Positions 10,363-20,838 are shown, numbered from the stretch's first letter. The stretch: DNA of 64,000 bases from Gammaproteobacteria bacterium (GCA_038142325.1 JAYQJW010000002.1:399702-463701); one strand, 5' to 3'. Made by a program: numbers and translations. Notes: generated by a model from the letters alone, not told the origin.

Positions 10363-11016
10363 ATTAAGTATTTATTTGTTTCTGTATTAAATAGAATAGA
10401 TGAAACAATCACTCCATTAACTTTCATATTACGCAGCCTAATAATATCAAAAACTGAGTTAATTCCTCCAGCAACATAATATTTTTTTTGAGCTTCTACA
10501 GGTTCTTTTTATATGCTTGTAATCTGGACCTTTACTGGTACCTACATCTGACATATTCATTAATATAATTTTATTTTTATATTTAGAATCAAGCTTTTGA
10601 AAATATTTAAAGCCAATAATACCGTCCTTATAGTCATATGAGTAAATATGATTTTTATAAATATAATTAAAATTTTTTATTTTTTTTAAACATTCGCTGC
10701 ACATTACATGAATTATATTATTTTTTTCTAATGAACTTATTTTCCTATTTCCTACATCTACCCAAAATATTATATTTTTGAATAAATTACATAGTTCAAT
10801 AATGATATTTGTATTATCTCCATCGTTATTTAGTGAATCTAGATCAGCAAGATATATTACTGATGGATGATACAATTGAACAATCTTTCTTGTAAAAACA
10901 ATAGGGTCTGATGATTGATTTAAGCTGATATGAACCGGTTGATAATATTTTCTATTCCCTCCCATAGCCCTTACAACCATTCCGCCTTTTATATCAATTG
11001 CAGGTATAATATTCAT
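10341..11016 (-). pseudogene. HisA/HisF-fold (beta/alpha barrel) protein of the H4MPT cluster, frame break near its 3' end
   Basis: The ORF 10459-11016 starts MNIIPAIDIKGGMVVRA (HisA-like). The conserved C-terminus YYVAGGINSVFDIIRLRNMKVNGVIVSS continues in another frame down to TAA at 10341-10343. The break lies in or near A-runs (T8 on the plus strand at 10482-10489). Confidence 0.65.
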
Positions 11017-11017
11017 A

Positions 11018-11932
11018 ATGAAAAGAATTCTTATATTTGAGTATATTACAGGCGGCGGGTTGATTGAAAATAAACTTGACCATCATCTTCTCACAGAAGC
11101 AAATATGATTCTAAGATCTCTTATTGACACAACTAAATATCAAATAAGCTTCTTTTGTGATTACCGACATAAATATGTCAACAGAAAAGAAGCTATTATT
11201 GTTAATCAAAATAATTCGCAAATCATATATGACGCAGAATTCATAAACCAATATGATTATTTTATACCCGTATGTCCCGAGAATGATTTCATATCATATA
11301 ATTATATAAAAAAGCTATCGCCCAATATAGAAAACTTGTATTCATCAGATTTAAGAACGATATTAATTACTACTGATAAGATCAGGCTAAAGAAAATTTG
11401 TACTGAAAATAATATACTTAATCCTGATACTTATGACTCAGATGTAAAGAATACTTTATTCATCACAAAAGATAGATTCGGTTGTGGTTGTTCTGATACT
11501 TATTTTGTAGAAAAAGGTAAATGTGAAGATTTAAATAATATTACTGAAAAGTATATTCCGGGAAATTCACATAGTGTAAATCTTCATGTATCTGAGAACA
11601 ATTATAGAGTTTTATCAATTAATAAACATAAAATGACTGTGTCTAAGGGTAGAATTCAAGTTAAATCCATACTAGTCAATTTATATCCAACTAATAAAAA
11701 TTTAATATTTAAATTTATTGATGACGTCATATCAATCCTTCCTAATCTTAGAGGTTTTGTGGGTATAGACTTTATTGAATACAAAGGAGAGTTTTTTCTT
11801 ATCGAAGTAAATCCAAGATATACAACATCCATGTCAATGTTACAGAAGTGTAAGAGTACTAGTTGTCTTGATTATATTGAAGATACCATATGTGATATTG
11901 CAGGTAAAACATGTCAATTAAACCTTATATAA
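11018..11932 (+). CDS. ATP-grasp domain protein (second ATP-grasp of the H4MPT cofactor cluster)
   Basis: 304 aa with VGIDFIEYKGEFFLIEVNPRYTTS, an ATP-grasp C-terminal signature. Confidence 0.6.
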   Translation: MKRILIFEYITGGGLIENKLDHHLLTEANMILRSLIDTTKYQISFFCDYRHKYVNRKEAIIVNQNNSQIIYDAEFINQYDYFIPVCPENDFISYNYIKKLSPNIENLYSSDLRTILITTDKIRLKKICTENNILNPDTYDSDVKNTLFITKDRFGCGCSDTYFVEKGKCEDLNNITEKYIPGNSHSVNLHVSENNYRVLSINKHKMTVSKGRIQVKSILVNLYPTNKNLIFKFIDDVISILPNLRGFVGIDFIEYKGEFFLIEVNPRYTTSMSMLQKCKSTSCLDYIEDTICDIAGKTCQLNLI

Positions 11933-12960
11933 CAAAAATAGGATGGGATATTGGTGGCGCACATATTAAATACTGTGCTGAATCAGAATCAAATAATATT
12001 ATTTGGTATGACATTATTGATTTTGACTTTTGGGTTGAACACGATGCTCTAGATGAAGTCATAACCCGAGTTACAGATCAATTTGATAATAAAAATTCTC
12101 AAATCAAAAATTATTTTACAATGTCTGCTGAGATGTGTGATTGTTTTGAAAATAGAGAAAAGGGTGTTAAATATATAATAGATAAAATAAAAAAAACAAA
12201 AATTAGCTCTAGCGTGTTCACAAAAGATGGATTCATAGATGTTAAGAAGTGTAATCTATTGAATACTAAATATATAGGATCCTTTAACTGGTTTGCATCG
12301 GCCCTTTATTTATCTAACTATTATGATAATACAATTGCTATTGATTTAGGATCTACAACATGTGACTTTATCCTATTGAAGGATGGAAAGATTTTAAATC
12401 AAAGATTATCTGATCTCAGTGGCATTCAAAATAAAGAACTCTTATATACTGGATGTTCAAGAACTCCATTATTTTCTCTAATGAATAATATTAATTATAA
12501 AAATAGAGCATATAGTATAATCCCAGAAAATTTTTCAACAATGGCAGATGTATATATAATATTAGAAAAATTATTTCATAAGGATATTTATTCTAAATCT
12601 TCAGATGGCTTAGATTATTCTGTAATAAATTCATATAAAAGAGTATCAAGATCATTTGGTTTTGACTATGATAAAAGTAAAAAGAAACTTTTGAACTATT
12701 TGTGCAATAAACTACATGAAAGGCAAATACATAATATTAATAGCAACTTATTATATTTAGTTGACAAATATTTTTCAGGATCGAAGTTTAAAGTCATTGG
12801 TTTAGGATTAGGAGTAAATATTATTTCAGAAATGTGCATTGCTAATGGATATAAATTTAAGAATATTAACCATATTCTAAGGACTTCTATTAATGGCGGA
12901 GAATCATTATCACACCTTTTCCCTGCTTTTGTTTTAAATAGGATAAGTGATGAAATATAA
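11911..12960 (+). CDS. H4MPT-linked C1-transfer pathway protein, hydantoinase/oxoprolinase-like (ASKHA fold)
   Basis: 349 aa with an N-terminal GWDIGGAHIKY and a second DLGSTTCD phosphate-binding motif. Confidence 0.6.
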   Translation: MSIKPYITKIGWDIGGAHIKYCAESESNNIIWYDIIDFDFWVEHDALDEVITRVTDQFDNKNSQIKNYFTMSAEMCDCFENREKGVKYIIDKIKKTKISSSVFTKDGFIDVKKCNLLNTKYIGSFNWFASALYLSNYYDNTIAIDLGSTTCDFILLKDGKILNQRLSDLSGIQNKELLYTGCSRTPLFSLMNNINYKNRAYSIIPENFSTMADVYIILEKLFHKDIYSKSSDGLDYSVINSYKRVSRSFGFDYDKSKKKLLNYLCNKLHERQIHNINSNLLYLVDKYFSGSKFKVIGLGLGVNIISEMCIANGYKFKNINHILRTSINGGESLSHLFPAFVLNRISDEI

Positions 12961-14305
12961 ATTAATTGAACTTGATTTTAATATACCATCTCATGAAATT
13001 TTTGAATCTATAAAAGAGAATGACTGGGCAGTTTTCTTAAACAGTAATCATGAAAAATATCCTGATCAGAGATTTGACATAATTACTTCCAATCCTATAA
13101 AGAAAATAATTTTCAAAGATGATTCTGTTTTATTAGTAGAGAATGAAAATTTTATAAAGGAGCTTGATACATGTCCATTTGATTTACTTAGAGAGATAAT
13201 GAGTAATTATAAACGTGAACCTGTTGATGACATTCCATTTTGTGGAGGTGCTATTGGACATATTGCATATGATTATGGAAAAAAACTACATCAAATTAAA
13301 AGCTTAAATAAAAGTTTGAACTTTCCTTCTTTTGCTTTTGGTATTTATGATTGGGCAGTAATTTATGATTATCATAAAAAAAAAGCTTTTATCATTTATC
13401 ATGAAAATAATGCAGTAATTAAAAATATAAGCAATTACTCTCCAAAAGAGAAAAAATTAAATAGTAAAGATTCCTTTAAAATAACTTCAAGCTGTGAATC
13501 AAATATGAATTATGCTTTATATGAGATGAAGCTCATGAAAATACTAGAATATATTAAAGCAGGGGATTGTTATCAGGTTAATTTAGCTCAAAGATTTTCA
13601 CTGGCATATGAGGGAGATGAATATAATCTTTACCAACAGCTCAATAAAAATTTTTCATCCCCTTATTCAGTTTATTTTAACTCGCATAACGGGAAAATTT
13701 TATCATTCTCTCCAGAGAGATTTTTATCAATAAAAAATAATATCATTGAAACTAAACCCATTAAAGGGACAAGACCAAGATCTGATGATCCGATCATTGA
13801 TAAAAAGAACATTGATGATCTTAAATCATCTGAAAAAGATATGGCTGAAAACTTGATGATTGTGGATCTACTTAGGAATGATTTGAGCATTAACTGTAAA
13901 AAGGGTAGTGTAAAAGTTGATAAATTATTTGAAATTGAAACATTTGCTAATGTCCATCATCTTGTGAGTACAATAACTGGAGAAATTGATGAAAGTTCAA
14001 ATATTTATAATCTGATAAGAGATGCTTTCCCAGGAGGCTCAATTACAGGTGCTCCGAAACTTCGTGCGATGGAAATTATTGAGGAACTTGAGCCTGATGA
14101 AAGATCGATATACTGTGGATCTATAGGTTATATTAGTTTTGATGAAAAAACTGATTTAAATATATCAATCAGATCTATGCTATCTATTAATAATAATTTA
14201 TATTTCTGGGGCGGAGGAGGAATTGTCTATGATTCTGACATTCGCAGTGAGTACAATGAGACAATTTCTAAAGTTAAACCACTTTTAGATGCATTTTCTG
14301 ATTAA
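12947..14305 (+). CDS. pabB: Aminodeoxychorismate synthase component I (p-aminobenzoate synthesis)
   Basis: 452 aa with motifs SPERFL, IKGTRPR, AENLMIVDLLRND, FPGGSITGAPK and RSIYCGSIGY. Confidence 0.85.
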   Translation: MMKYKLIELDFNIPSHEIFESIKENDWAVFLNSNHEKYPDQRFDIITSNPIKKIIFKDDSVLLVENENFIKELDTCPFDLLREIMSNYKREPVDDIPFCGGAIGHIAYDYGKKLHQIKSLNKSLNFPSFAFGIYDWAVIYDYHKKKAFIIYHENNAVIKNISNYSPKEKKLNSKDSFKITSSCESNMNYALYEMKLMKILEYIKAGDCYQVNLAQRFSLAYEGDEYNLYQQLNKNFSSPYSVYFNSHNGKILSFSPERFLSIKNNIIETKPIKGTRPRSDDPIIDKKNIDDLKSSEKDMAENLMIVDLLRNDLSINCKKGSVKVDKLFEIETFANVHHLVSTITGEIDESSNIYNLIRDAFPGGSITGAPKLRAMEIIEELEPDERSIYCGSIGYISFDEKTDLNISIRSMLSINNNLYFWGGGGIVYDSDIRSEYNETISKVKPLLDAFSD

Positions 14306-14978
14306 CTCTCTTAATATGTTCTAAAACTTTCTCACAGTTTAGAGAATCTATTGTTGCTCTTTTAGATTGAGAACAAATAGCACCTCTTAATCCAATAAAA
14401 TTAGGACTAAAAGAAAAAACCTTTTCTAAATTTTTTGATGACAAGGAACCTGAAATTCCACACAGCTTATTATGTTGCCTACATTTTTCAGTGAAATACT
14501 CAATAAGATGATCTGGAAGAATATCTATGGAAGACCCAGCATTTTTGTTCTCAGTATCAATCATCAGCCCGTGATAATTTAATTCGCAAATAGAATCTAT
14601 CTGACTTTCATTTGTAATATACTCTGCAAACATAACACCCACAACTTTGATTGATAATCCTGAAACTGATTTTAAAAATGCTTTATGTTCATTGATGTTA
14701 TCCACACCATAAATTCCTATTTTAATATATTTAATCCCAAGCTTATTCATCAACATCAATCTGGATATCTGCTTTTGTGAGTTTGGATGTAAATCATTTC
14801 CTGCAGTAACACTTAAGGTTTTATTTTTAAACATTTTAGAGATGCTGCCTACAACGTCATCTCCTACATATCCAAGTGCACCATCCATGACATTTTTTAT
14901 ATCAATAATATCAAAATCGTATTTCGAGATAACCTTCGCCTCACTCACATCTTTTATACTGCCAAGAATCTTAATCAT
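14274..14978 (-). CDS. mfnB: DUF556/MfnB-like (5-formylfuran-3-yl)methyl phosphate synthase (methanofuran biosynthesis)
   Basis: 234 aa, colinear with archaeal MfnB as I recall it. Shared motifs include IIDIKN..GALG, YIKIGIYG, MIDT..K, GISGSL and IGLRGAIC. Confidence 0.7.
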   Translation of the reverse strand: MIKILGSIKDVSEAKVISKYDFDIIDIKNVMDGALGYVGDDVVGSISKMFKNKTLSVTAGNDLHPNSQKQISRLMLMNKLGIKYIKIGIYGVDNINEHKAFLKSVSGLSIKVVGVMFAEYITNESQIDSICELNYHGLMIDTENKNAGSSIDILPDHLIEYFTEKCRQHNKLCGISGSLSSKNLEKVFSFSPNFIGLRGAICSQSKRATIDSLNCEKVLEHIKRVNQKMHLKVV

Positions 14979-15543
14979 TATTAAAATATTTCATAATTTT
15001 TTTTTCTATCCATTTCCATGCTGCTCTTTCGTCTTCACCTGCAGTCTTATCTATGCCTATTTTTAGATACTCATACTCTCTTTTTACTTTATCATCCTCT
15101 ATTCTTCCTAATCGTGTAGAAAGCACTGCTAGTTCAATCACAGAAAACTGAGCTCTATTAAAGCCCATAAAAGGCCTTAGTATTTTAGTATTTTCTATAT
15201 TACATATAATATTTGGCCTTACAGCATCATCATTTTCCTGACAAAAGCTAACATTCATATATGTATTTGTAATATCCAAATGCGGTACACAATTATCTGA
15301 AACCTGATTTAAATCCCATGACTTTTTTTCCTCTGTAACAATGCCAGCAAACACTTTTACGTTATCAACATAATTAATTGTAGCCACTTTTGTATCAATA
15401 AGATTATTTAATGTTTGAGACGGTTTGAATGGAGAAATTTGAACACATTGCTTGTTATCAAAATCAATAAACTTTACACCCATTGGCGCTATGTGTACTT
15501 CTTTCTTTTTATTAAAGGTAGTTACTATTACTTCATGAATCAT
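14971..15543 (-). CDS. DUF447-family protein (FMN-binding split-barrel-like, H4MPT/methanofuran cluster)
   Basis: 190 aa with the N-terminal HEVIVTT....HIAPMGV typical of DUF447. It overlaps both neighbours. Confidence 0.55.
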   Translation of the reverse strand: MIHEVIVTTFNKKKEVHIAPMGVKFIDFDNKQCVQISPFKPSQTLNNLIDTKVATINYVDNVKVFAGIVTEEKKSWDLNQVSDNCVPHLDITNTYMNVSFCQENDDAVRPNIICNIENTKILRPFMGFNRAQFSVIELAVLSTRLGRIEDDKVKREYEYLKIGIDKTAGEDERAAWKWIEKKIMKYFNND

Positions 15544-16921
15544 TTTGTTCTTTTGAATGTTGGCCCTAATTTCTTTTCACTTATCATATCATCAATTTCT
15601 TTGTCAACTAAACATCCCCAAGTAAGTTCCTCATCTTGATGATAATTTTTCTTTAATTGAAATGCGATTTGTGCCCTTGCTAATTCAACACCAAGATAAA
15701 ATGCATGCCCTGTATCATCACTCAAATCAAGATACTCATAAAACTTAAAAGGGTCACTAAAAACTTTGTAAATATTCTTATTAAATAAATGTATCCCATC
15801 ATCATTGACATAAATACGATAGTTCTTGTCTTTGATTTTTGTTTGCATTTCACTTAGTTCATCTGAGCATAAAGGATAATCTTTATGATCATGATTTGCC
15901 ATTAACCCATCATTTATATGCTTTGGTGTAATATTATTTTCAGAAGCCGCATGAATTATTCTCCTTGCAAGGTCAGTTTCTCTTATGACTGTCGAACAAT
16001 GTCTACTGACCTGGGTTGTTAATATGTGGTTTAATTTGAGTTCTTCTACGATACCTAGCATTATCATATTTATTCCCGTAGTATCGGCATGAGTAAGTTC
16101 AGTGATATTTCCTATACCAATCATTATGTGAATGTCAGGATATTTTTCTCTCAAATTTACATACCTCATTAAACTTTTAGTAAACCCATATGAAACAGGG
16201 TCCAGAATAGGATCCGCTATGAAAGTTAAATTATCCTTTAAAGCTCTATCAATTAGGTTATAAAATTCAGGTAAATTATTATCTGATGGAATAAGAACAG
16301 GGTATGAGTCAAGGTTTTCAAGTATGTGATATGTCTCACTTTTAATACTTAAGAGATAATCTGCGCCAGCTTTAGAGCCACGAATCAATTCATCTGTATT
16401 ATGAGAATCAATACTGACATAGAAATTTCTATTTTTCAGTTCTTGGACCAACTCTTCAAGATGAGGGAATTCTTTATTTGGCAAACAACCAATATCTATT
16501 ACGTCAGCTCCTTCTGATCTAAAAAATTCTGCTTTTTCTATTACAGCTTCAATAGTCATATTTAATGCATCTGTAATTTCCCCAAATATTGCTGTTTCAA
16601 ATTTTGAAAGATCATATTTGACAGGTTTTGCTCCGAACATTATTGGTAAGTCTTTTAATTCATCAGGACCTCTGGTTACCTTCTTTTTGATGATCTTTTC
16701 AAGACGTTCTATATCCCCACGTACTCTTCCAGGAATTATAATCTCATCAAACTGACTAACATCACCAATACGTCTCTCAATCATGTCTGTTGTTAAAAGA
16801 GCCGCTACATTCACATTAAGATTTTTTATTTCGTATTTAAATTTTTTTCTTCAATACCATCAAGGACTGTCTTAAGGCCTTTTTCAGCTAATTTACCTGT
16901 AATGAATAAAATATTTTTCAT
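15540..16921 (-). pseudogene. Dihydropteroate synthase-related pterin-binding protein (H4MPT biosynthesis), frame break near its 5' end
   Basis: The main ORF is 15540-16814 (GADVIDIGC pterin-binding motif). The N-terminus MKNILFITGKLAEKGLKTVLDGIEEK is read from ATG at 16921 in another frame. The frames join across an A7 run (T7 on the plus strand at 16842-16848). Confidence 0.7.
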
Positions 16922-17448
16922 TTAATTAATTTACTTAAAGCTTTTTTCAAAGATGCTACGTTATCAACAACGGATACATTTTTAAATTTTTTCAAAGCTC
17001 TAAAATTTTTTAAATCTATTTCTCTTGGGTATAAAGTAACTAATTTTTTAGGTGCCTGTGTAATTACAACTGGTTCAGTATCGCATGCAAAAACTAGTGT
17101 TTTAATTCCACATTTACCTGCTTGTGCAAACATATTTGTCACAAGGTTATTAGACATACCCTGTGCCATGAAAGCAATTGTATTTGAGGTAGCAGGCGAG
17201 ATAACAACTAGTTTATAAACAGACTCATATAATAAACTAACTGGTGCCGAGCTGGCAGTAATATCTTTGAATATTTAAATCTTCTTTTTCTTGAAAATAT
17301 CAAGATCATAGTCATACCATTTGAGTACCTCTTCACCTGCTTTACTCAAATATAAATCTACATGATTTAATGTAAGCATAAGATCAATTGATTCTTTTAG
17401 GTAATGACCTGAACCAGTAATACACCATGCTATTCTATGTTTATCCAT
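16918..17448 (-). pseudogene. dmrA: AfpA/DmrA-like flavoprotein (dihydromethanopterin reductase-like), interrupted by an in-frame TAA at 17275-17277
   Basis: Reading from ATG at 17448 gives MDKHRIAWCITGSGHYLKESIDL...IFKKKKI, then the stop, then IFKDITASSAPVSLLYESVYKLVVISPATSNTIAFMAQGMSNNLV... in the same frame. The PATSNTIA.....G..NL motif is typical of the flavoprotein family. Confidence 0.6.
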
Positions 17449-18048
17449 ATAGTTTCTTAATTAATTCAATATTTTCTTCAATATCTGTTTTTGTATTTAG
17501 ATTTATAAACATTTCATCACTTTCATCAAATAAAACTTCTTCATATCCGCATGAAGTATACCACTTATCTATTTTTCTCTCTCCAGATTGTAAGAAGAGT
17601 TTTAAATTATTTTTTAGCGATGTATCAATTCTTGCATGAACAGGCTGAAGTCTATCACCTGTCTTTGTTACAAAGATTTTTTTTCATTATTACATTCAGT
17701 CAAAGTTTCAAAATATTCTTTAGAGAGGAATGGTCCATCACATGGCAAGGTGATTAAATATTGATTTTTACAATATGAAAGCGCAGAGTATATACCAGAT
17801 AGTGGACCTTGATAATCTTCAAGAATATCTGAATAAACGTTTTGATGAATTTTTCTATATTCATCTAGTAGATCATTTGCAATAACAAAAACATCAGATG
17901 AGTAATTACATGCAATAGATATTAGCCTTGACAAAACAAGCTTATTATTAAGCTTCATAAGGCCTTTATTATTACCATCCATTCTTGATGATTTTCCGCC
18001 AGCTAAAATAGCAATAGAAATATCATCTTTTTGTAATTTAGTCGACAT
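17442..18048 (-). pseudogene. mobA: Molybdenum cofactor guanylyltransferase, frame break in an A8 run
   Basis: The ORF 17668-18048 has the N-terminal ILAGGKSSRMDG. The C-terminus IFVTKTGDRLQPVHARIDTSL...GERKIDKWY...FINLNTKTDI continues in another frame after T8 (plus strand) at 17677-17684. The stop overlaps the dmrA-like ATG. Confidence 0.75.
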
Positions 18049-18098
18049 TACAATATTATAAGCTGATAAATCAAAATAGATAAACTATAAGGCATATT

Positions 18099-19070
18099 AT
18101 GAAATTATTCTTAGCACCTATGGTGGGAAGGACAGACAAGTACTTCAGAAAACTGATTAGGTTGATGTCACCTAACATAACACTGTTTACTGAGATGATT
18201 ACAGTCGATTCTCTTTTAAGAGGAAATTTTAGAAATTATGCCATACCTTCAAATCAGCATCCAATAGTGGCTCAAGTTGCAGGTAATGATAAAAATAAAT
18301 TTATGCAAGCTTCTGATATCTTAGCAAAGATGGGATTTGATGAGATTAATCTAAATATTGGTTGTCCTAGCTCAAAAGTTGTTAAAGGCGGATTTGGCGC
18401 GTGTCAGATTGATAATCCCGATGATGTCGCAAGTTATGTCAGGTCAATTCTATCATGTACTAATCTTCCTGTATCAATAAAAACAAGACTTGGCTTAGGT
18501 TATGAGCAAAATTTAGAAAGTATAGAAAAATTTATTCATATCACTAGCGATGCTGGATGTGAGATATTTTATATTCATGCTCGAAATGCAGTATTAAATG
18601 GTTTATCCACAAAGAAAAATAGATCAGTTCCACCTCTTAGGTATGATGACGTACTCAAGCTAAAAAATAAATTCCCACACTTAAAAATATATATAAATGG
18701 TGGAATAGATAATTTGGATGAAGCTGCTCATCTTTTAAATATTTATGGTGGAATTATGATTGGTAGAAAAATATATGATGATCCAAGATTTTTACTTGAA
18801 TTAGAAAAAAAGATTTTTTCTTTTGATAATAATTTATCGAACCCATCTATTGTTAAAAAATATATTAATCAACTTGATTTTGAAGAGAGAAATAATAAGC
18901 TTTATGCATTGAAGCACCTTACAAATTTATATAAAGGCACGAGCTTATCTAAGAAGTGGAGGAAATATTTGCATACATTAATAAATTCAGATAAACCAAT
19001 TACAGACGTAAATTATTTCAATAACGAGGAAAATCATGGTGAAAAAAAAATTAACTGCTCGCACAGCTGA
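18099..19070 (+). CDS. dusA: tRNA-dihydrouridine synthase A
   Basis: 323 aa with LAPMVGRTDKYFR at the N-terminus and INLNIGCPS with a catalytic Cys. Confidence 0.85.
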   Translation: MKLFLAPMVGRTDKYFRKLIRLMSPNITLFTEMITVDSLLRGNFRNYAIPSNQHPIVAQVAGNDKNKFMQASDILAKMGFDEINLNIGCPSSKVVKGGFGACQIDNPDDVASYVRSILSCTNLPVSIKTRLGLGYEQNLESIEKFIHITSDAGCEIFYIHARNAVLNGLSTKKNRSVPPLRYDDVLKLKNKFPHLKIYINGGIDNLDEAAHLLNIYGGIMIGRKIYDDPRFLLELEKKIFSFDNNLSNPSIVKKYINQLDFEERNNKLYALKHLTNLYKGTSLSKKWRKYLHTLINSDKPITDVNYFNNEENHGEKKINCSHS

Positions 19071-19842
19071 TATAAATCAACTTTATGAAGAATCAGTTCA
19101 ATGTCCAGAGTTTGAGGTAGGTTTTATTAAAAAGTTATATAAAAAATATAATAAATCTAAATGTACAAGCTTAAGAGAAGATTTCTCTGCTTCAGCATTA
19201 ATATCTACTGAGTGGGTTATGGATAATAACAAACATACATCTATAGCTGTGGATTATGATAAAAAAATGATAAACCAAGCGAAAAAAACTGCATTGAGAA
19301 GACTTGATCAAGACCAACAGTCTAGAATGAAAATATGTTATGGAGATTCCTCTAAATACAAAGATGATAAAGTCGACTGTGTACTAGCTGCTAATTTTAG
19401 TTATTTTGTTTTTAAAGATAGAATTAATTTAATTAAATATTTCCAAAACGCACGCTCTCAACTAAAAAGAAAAGGTCTTTTTCTGTTAGATGCTTTTGGT
19501 GGATATGAGGCTCATCAGCTCTTAGAGGAAAGAACAAAGCATAAAAATTTCACATACGTATGGGATCAATCATCATTCAACCCAATTACTCATGAAATAA
19601 AATGTTATATACATTTTGAATTCCCTGATAAAACAAAGAAAAAAAGAGCATTTACTTATGATTGGAGATTATGGACTTTACCTGAAATTCAGGAATGCCT
19701 GAACGATGCTGGGTTTAAGTCGGTAGATGTATATATGCAAGGCTGGGATGAGAAAAAAGATGAGGAAACTGAGGAATTCTATAAGATGAAAAAATGTGAT
19801 GCTGATCCTGCATGGGTCGCATACTTGGTTGCTAGAAAATAG
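19036..19842 (+). CDS. Class I SAM-dependent methyltransferase-like protein
   Basis: 268 aa. LREDFSASALIS resembles a degenerate motif I and DCVLAANFSY resembles motif II/III spacing. The assignment is by general resemblance only. Confidence 0.4.
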   Translation: MVKKKLTARTADINQLYEESVQCPEFEVGFIKKLYKKYNKSKCTSLREDFSASALISTEWVMDNNKHTSIAVDYDKKMINQAKKTALRRLDQDQQSRMKICYGDSSKYKDDKVDCVLAANFSYFVFKDRINLIKYFQNARSQLKRKGLFLLDAFGGYEAHQLLEERTKHKNFTYVWDQSSFNPITHEIKCYIHFEFPDKTKKKRAFTYDWRLWTLPEIQECLNDAGFKSVDVYMQGWDEKKDEETEEFYKMKKCDADPAWVAYLVARK

Positions 19843-19876
19843 ATTGATATGTCTATTATAAATTCTATAATACAAA

Positions 19877-20203
19877 CGAGAGTTAATCATACAGCTGCTA
19901 TGTATTACATAGAGGAAAGTCCGGGCTCCAGGGAAAAAGTGCCAGGTAACACCTGGAAAACGTGAGTTTTGGAAAGTGCTGCAGAAAATAACCGCCTGTA
20001 AGAGGTAAGGGTGAAAAGGTAGGGTAAGAGCCTACCGCTACTAAGGTAACAAGGCAGGCATAAGTAAACCCCGCTTGGAGCAAGGCAAATTTGTGATTCA
20101 TCCCAATATAATCACATGGTTGCTGCTAATGAGATTATTGGTGACAATAATTCAAGATAAATAGCTGTACACGACAGAACCCGGCTTATAGATTAACTCT
20201 CTC
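19877..20203 (+). ncRNA. rnpB: RNase P RNA (bacterial type A), compact version
   Basis: It carries the universally conserved blocks GAGGAAAGTCCGGGCTCC, GTGCCAGGTAACACCTGG, GGTAAGGGTGAAAAGGT, AGCAAGGC and ACGACAGAACCCGGCTTAT. The P1 pairing is gagagttaatc with gattaactctc. Confidence 0.92.
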
Positions 20204-20309
20204 CAATTAATAATATCTTGTAAGTAACTGAAATATATTAAAAAATTCATATTTTAATCATTTTGTTCTTTATTTATCTACATTTTCATTAGTTTATCTC
20301 TATTACTAC

Positions 20310-20338
20310 TTGCATATGTTAAAAATAAGGCATATAGT
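20310..20338 (+). promoter_or_regulatory. Putative sigma70 promoter of the dcw cluster (TTGCAT-17 nt-TATAGT)
   Basis: -35 TTGCAT at 20310-20315, a 17-nt spacer, and -10 TATAGT at 20333-20338. It lies about 40 nt upstream of the mraZ ATG. Confidence 0.35.
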
Positions 20339-20376
20339 GTTGATAAATGGCATTATTTGTTATTTTGTGGAGAAAA

Positions 20377-20838
20377 ATGGAGAATCTATTTAAAGGTATT
20401 CACAATCTTAGCCTTGATTCAAAAGGTAGGCTCGGTATTCCTATTTCCTACCGAGAACATATTACAAACCTGTTAAAAGGCTCAATGGTGATAACTATTG
20501 ATACTGAGGATAAATGTCTACTTTTATATCCAACAACAATTTGGTCTAAGATTCAGGATAAAATCAGTAACTTACCAAGCTTTAATAGAAATGCTAGAAG
20601 AATTCAAAGACTCTTAATTGGCCACGCAGAAGACGTTGATGTTGACTCAAGCGGCAGAATTCTAATCTCAAAACCACTAAGACAATACGCATCTTTATCA
20701 AAAAAAGTCATATTGATTGGTCAAGGTGAAAAATTTGAGATTTGGGATCAGAATTCTTGGGATCGCAATGTTGAGAAATGGCGTGAAGAGGCAACCTCTA
20801 CTGATGATGCAGAAGCTTTAAATGGCATAAGTATATGA
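20377..20838 (+). CDS. mraZ: Transcriptional regulator MraZ
   Basis: MENLFKGIHNLSLDSKGRLGIP plus a second DSSGRILI repeat (two SpoVT/AbrB-like halves). The ORF track begins 10 codons upstream at 20347; the conserved start is taken at 20377. Confidence 0.88.
   Translation: MENLFKGIHNLSLDSKGRLGIPISYREHITNLLKGSMVITIDTEDKCLLLYPTTIWSKIQDKISNLPSFNRNARRIQRLLIGHAEDVDVDSSGRILISKPLRQYASLSKKVILIGQGEKFEIWDQNSWDRNVEKWREEATSTDDAEALNGISI

Noticed and set aside
19898-20101. A 67-aa minus-strand ORF.
   Set aside because: It lies entirely within the RNase P RNA gene, whose conserved blocks explain the sequence.
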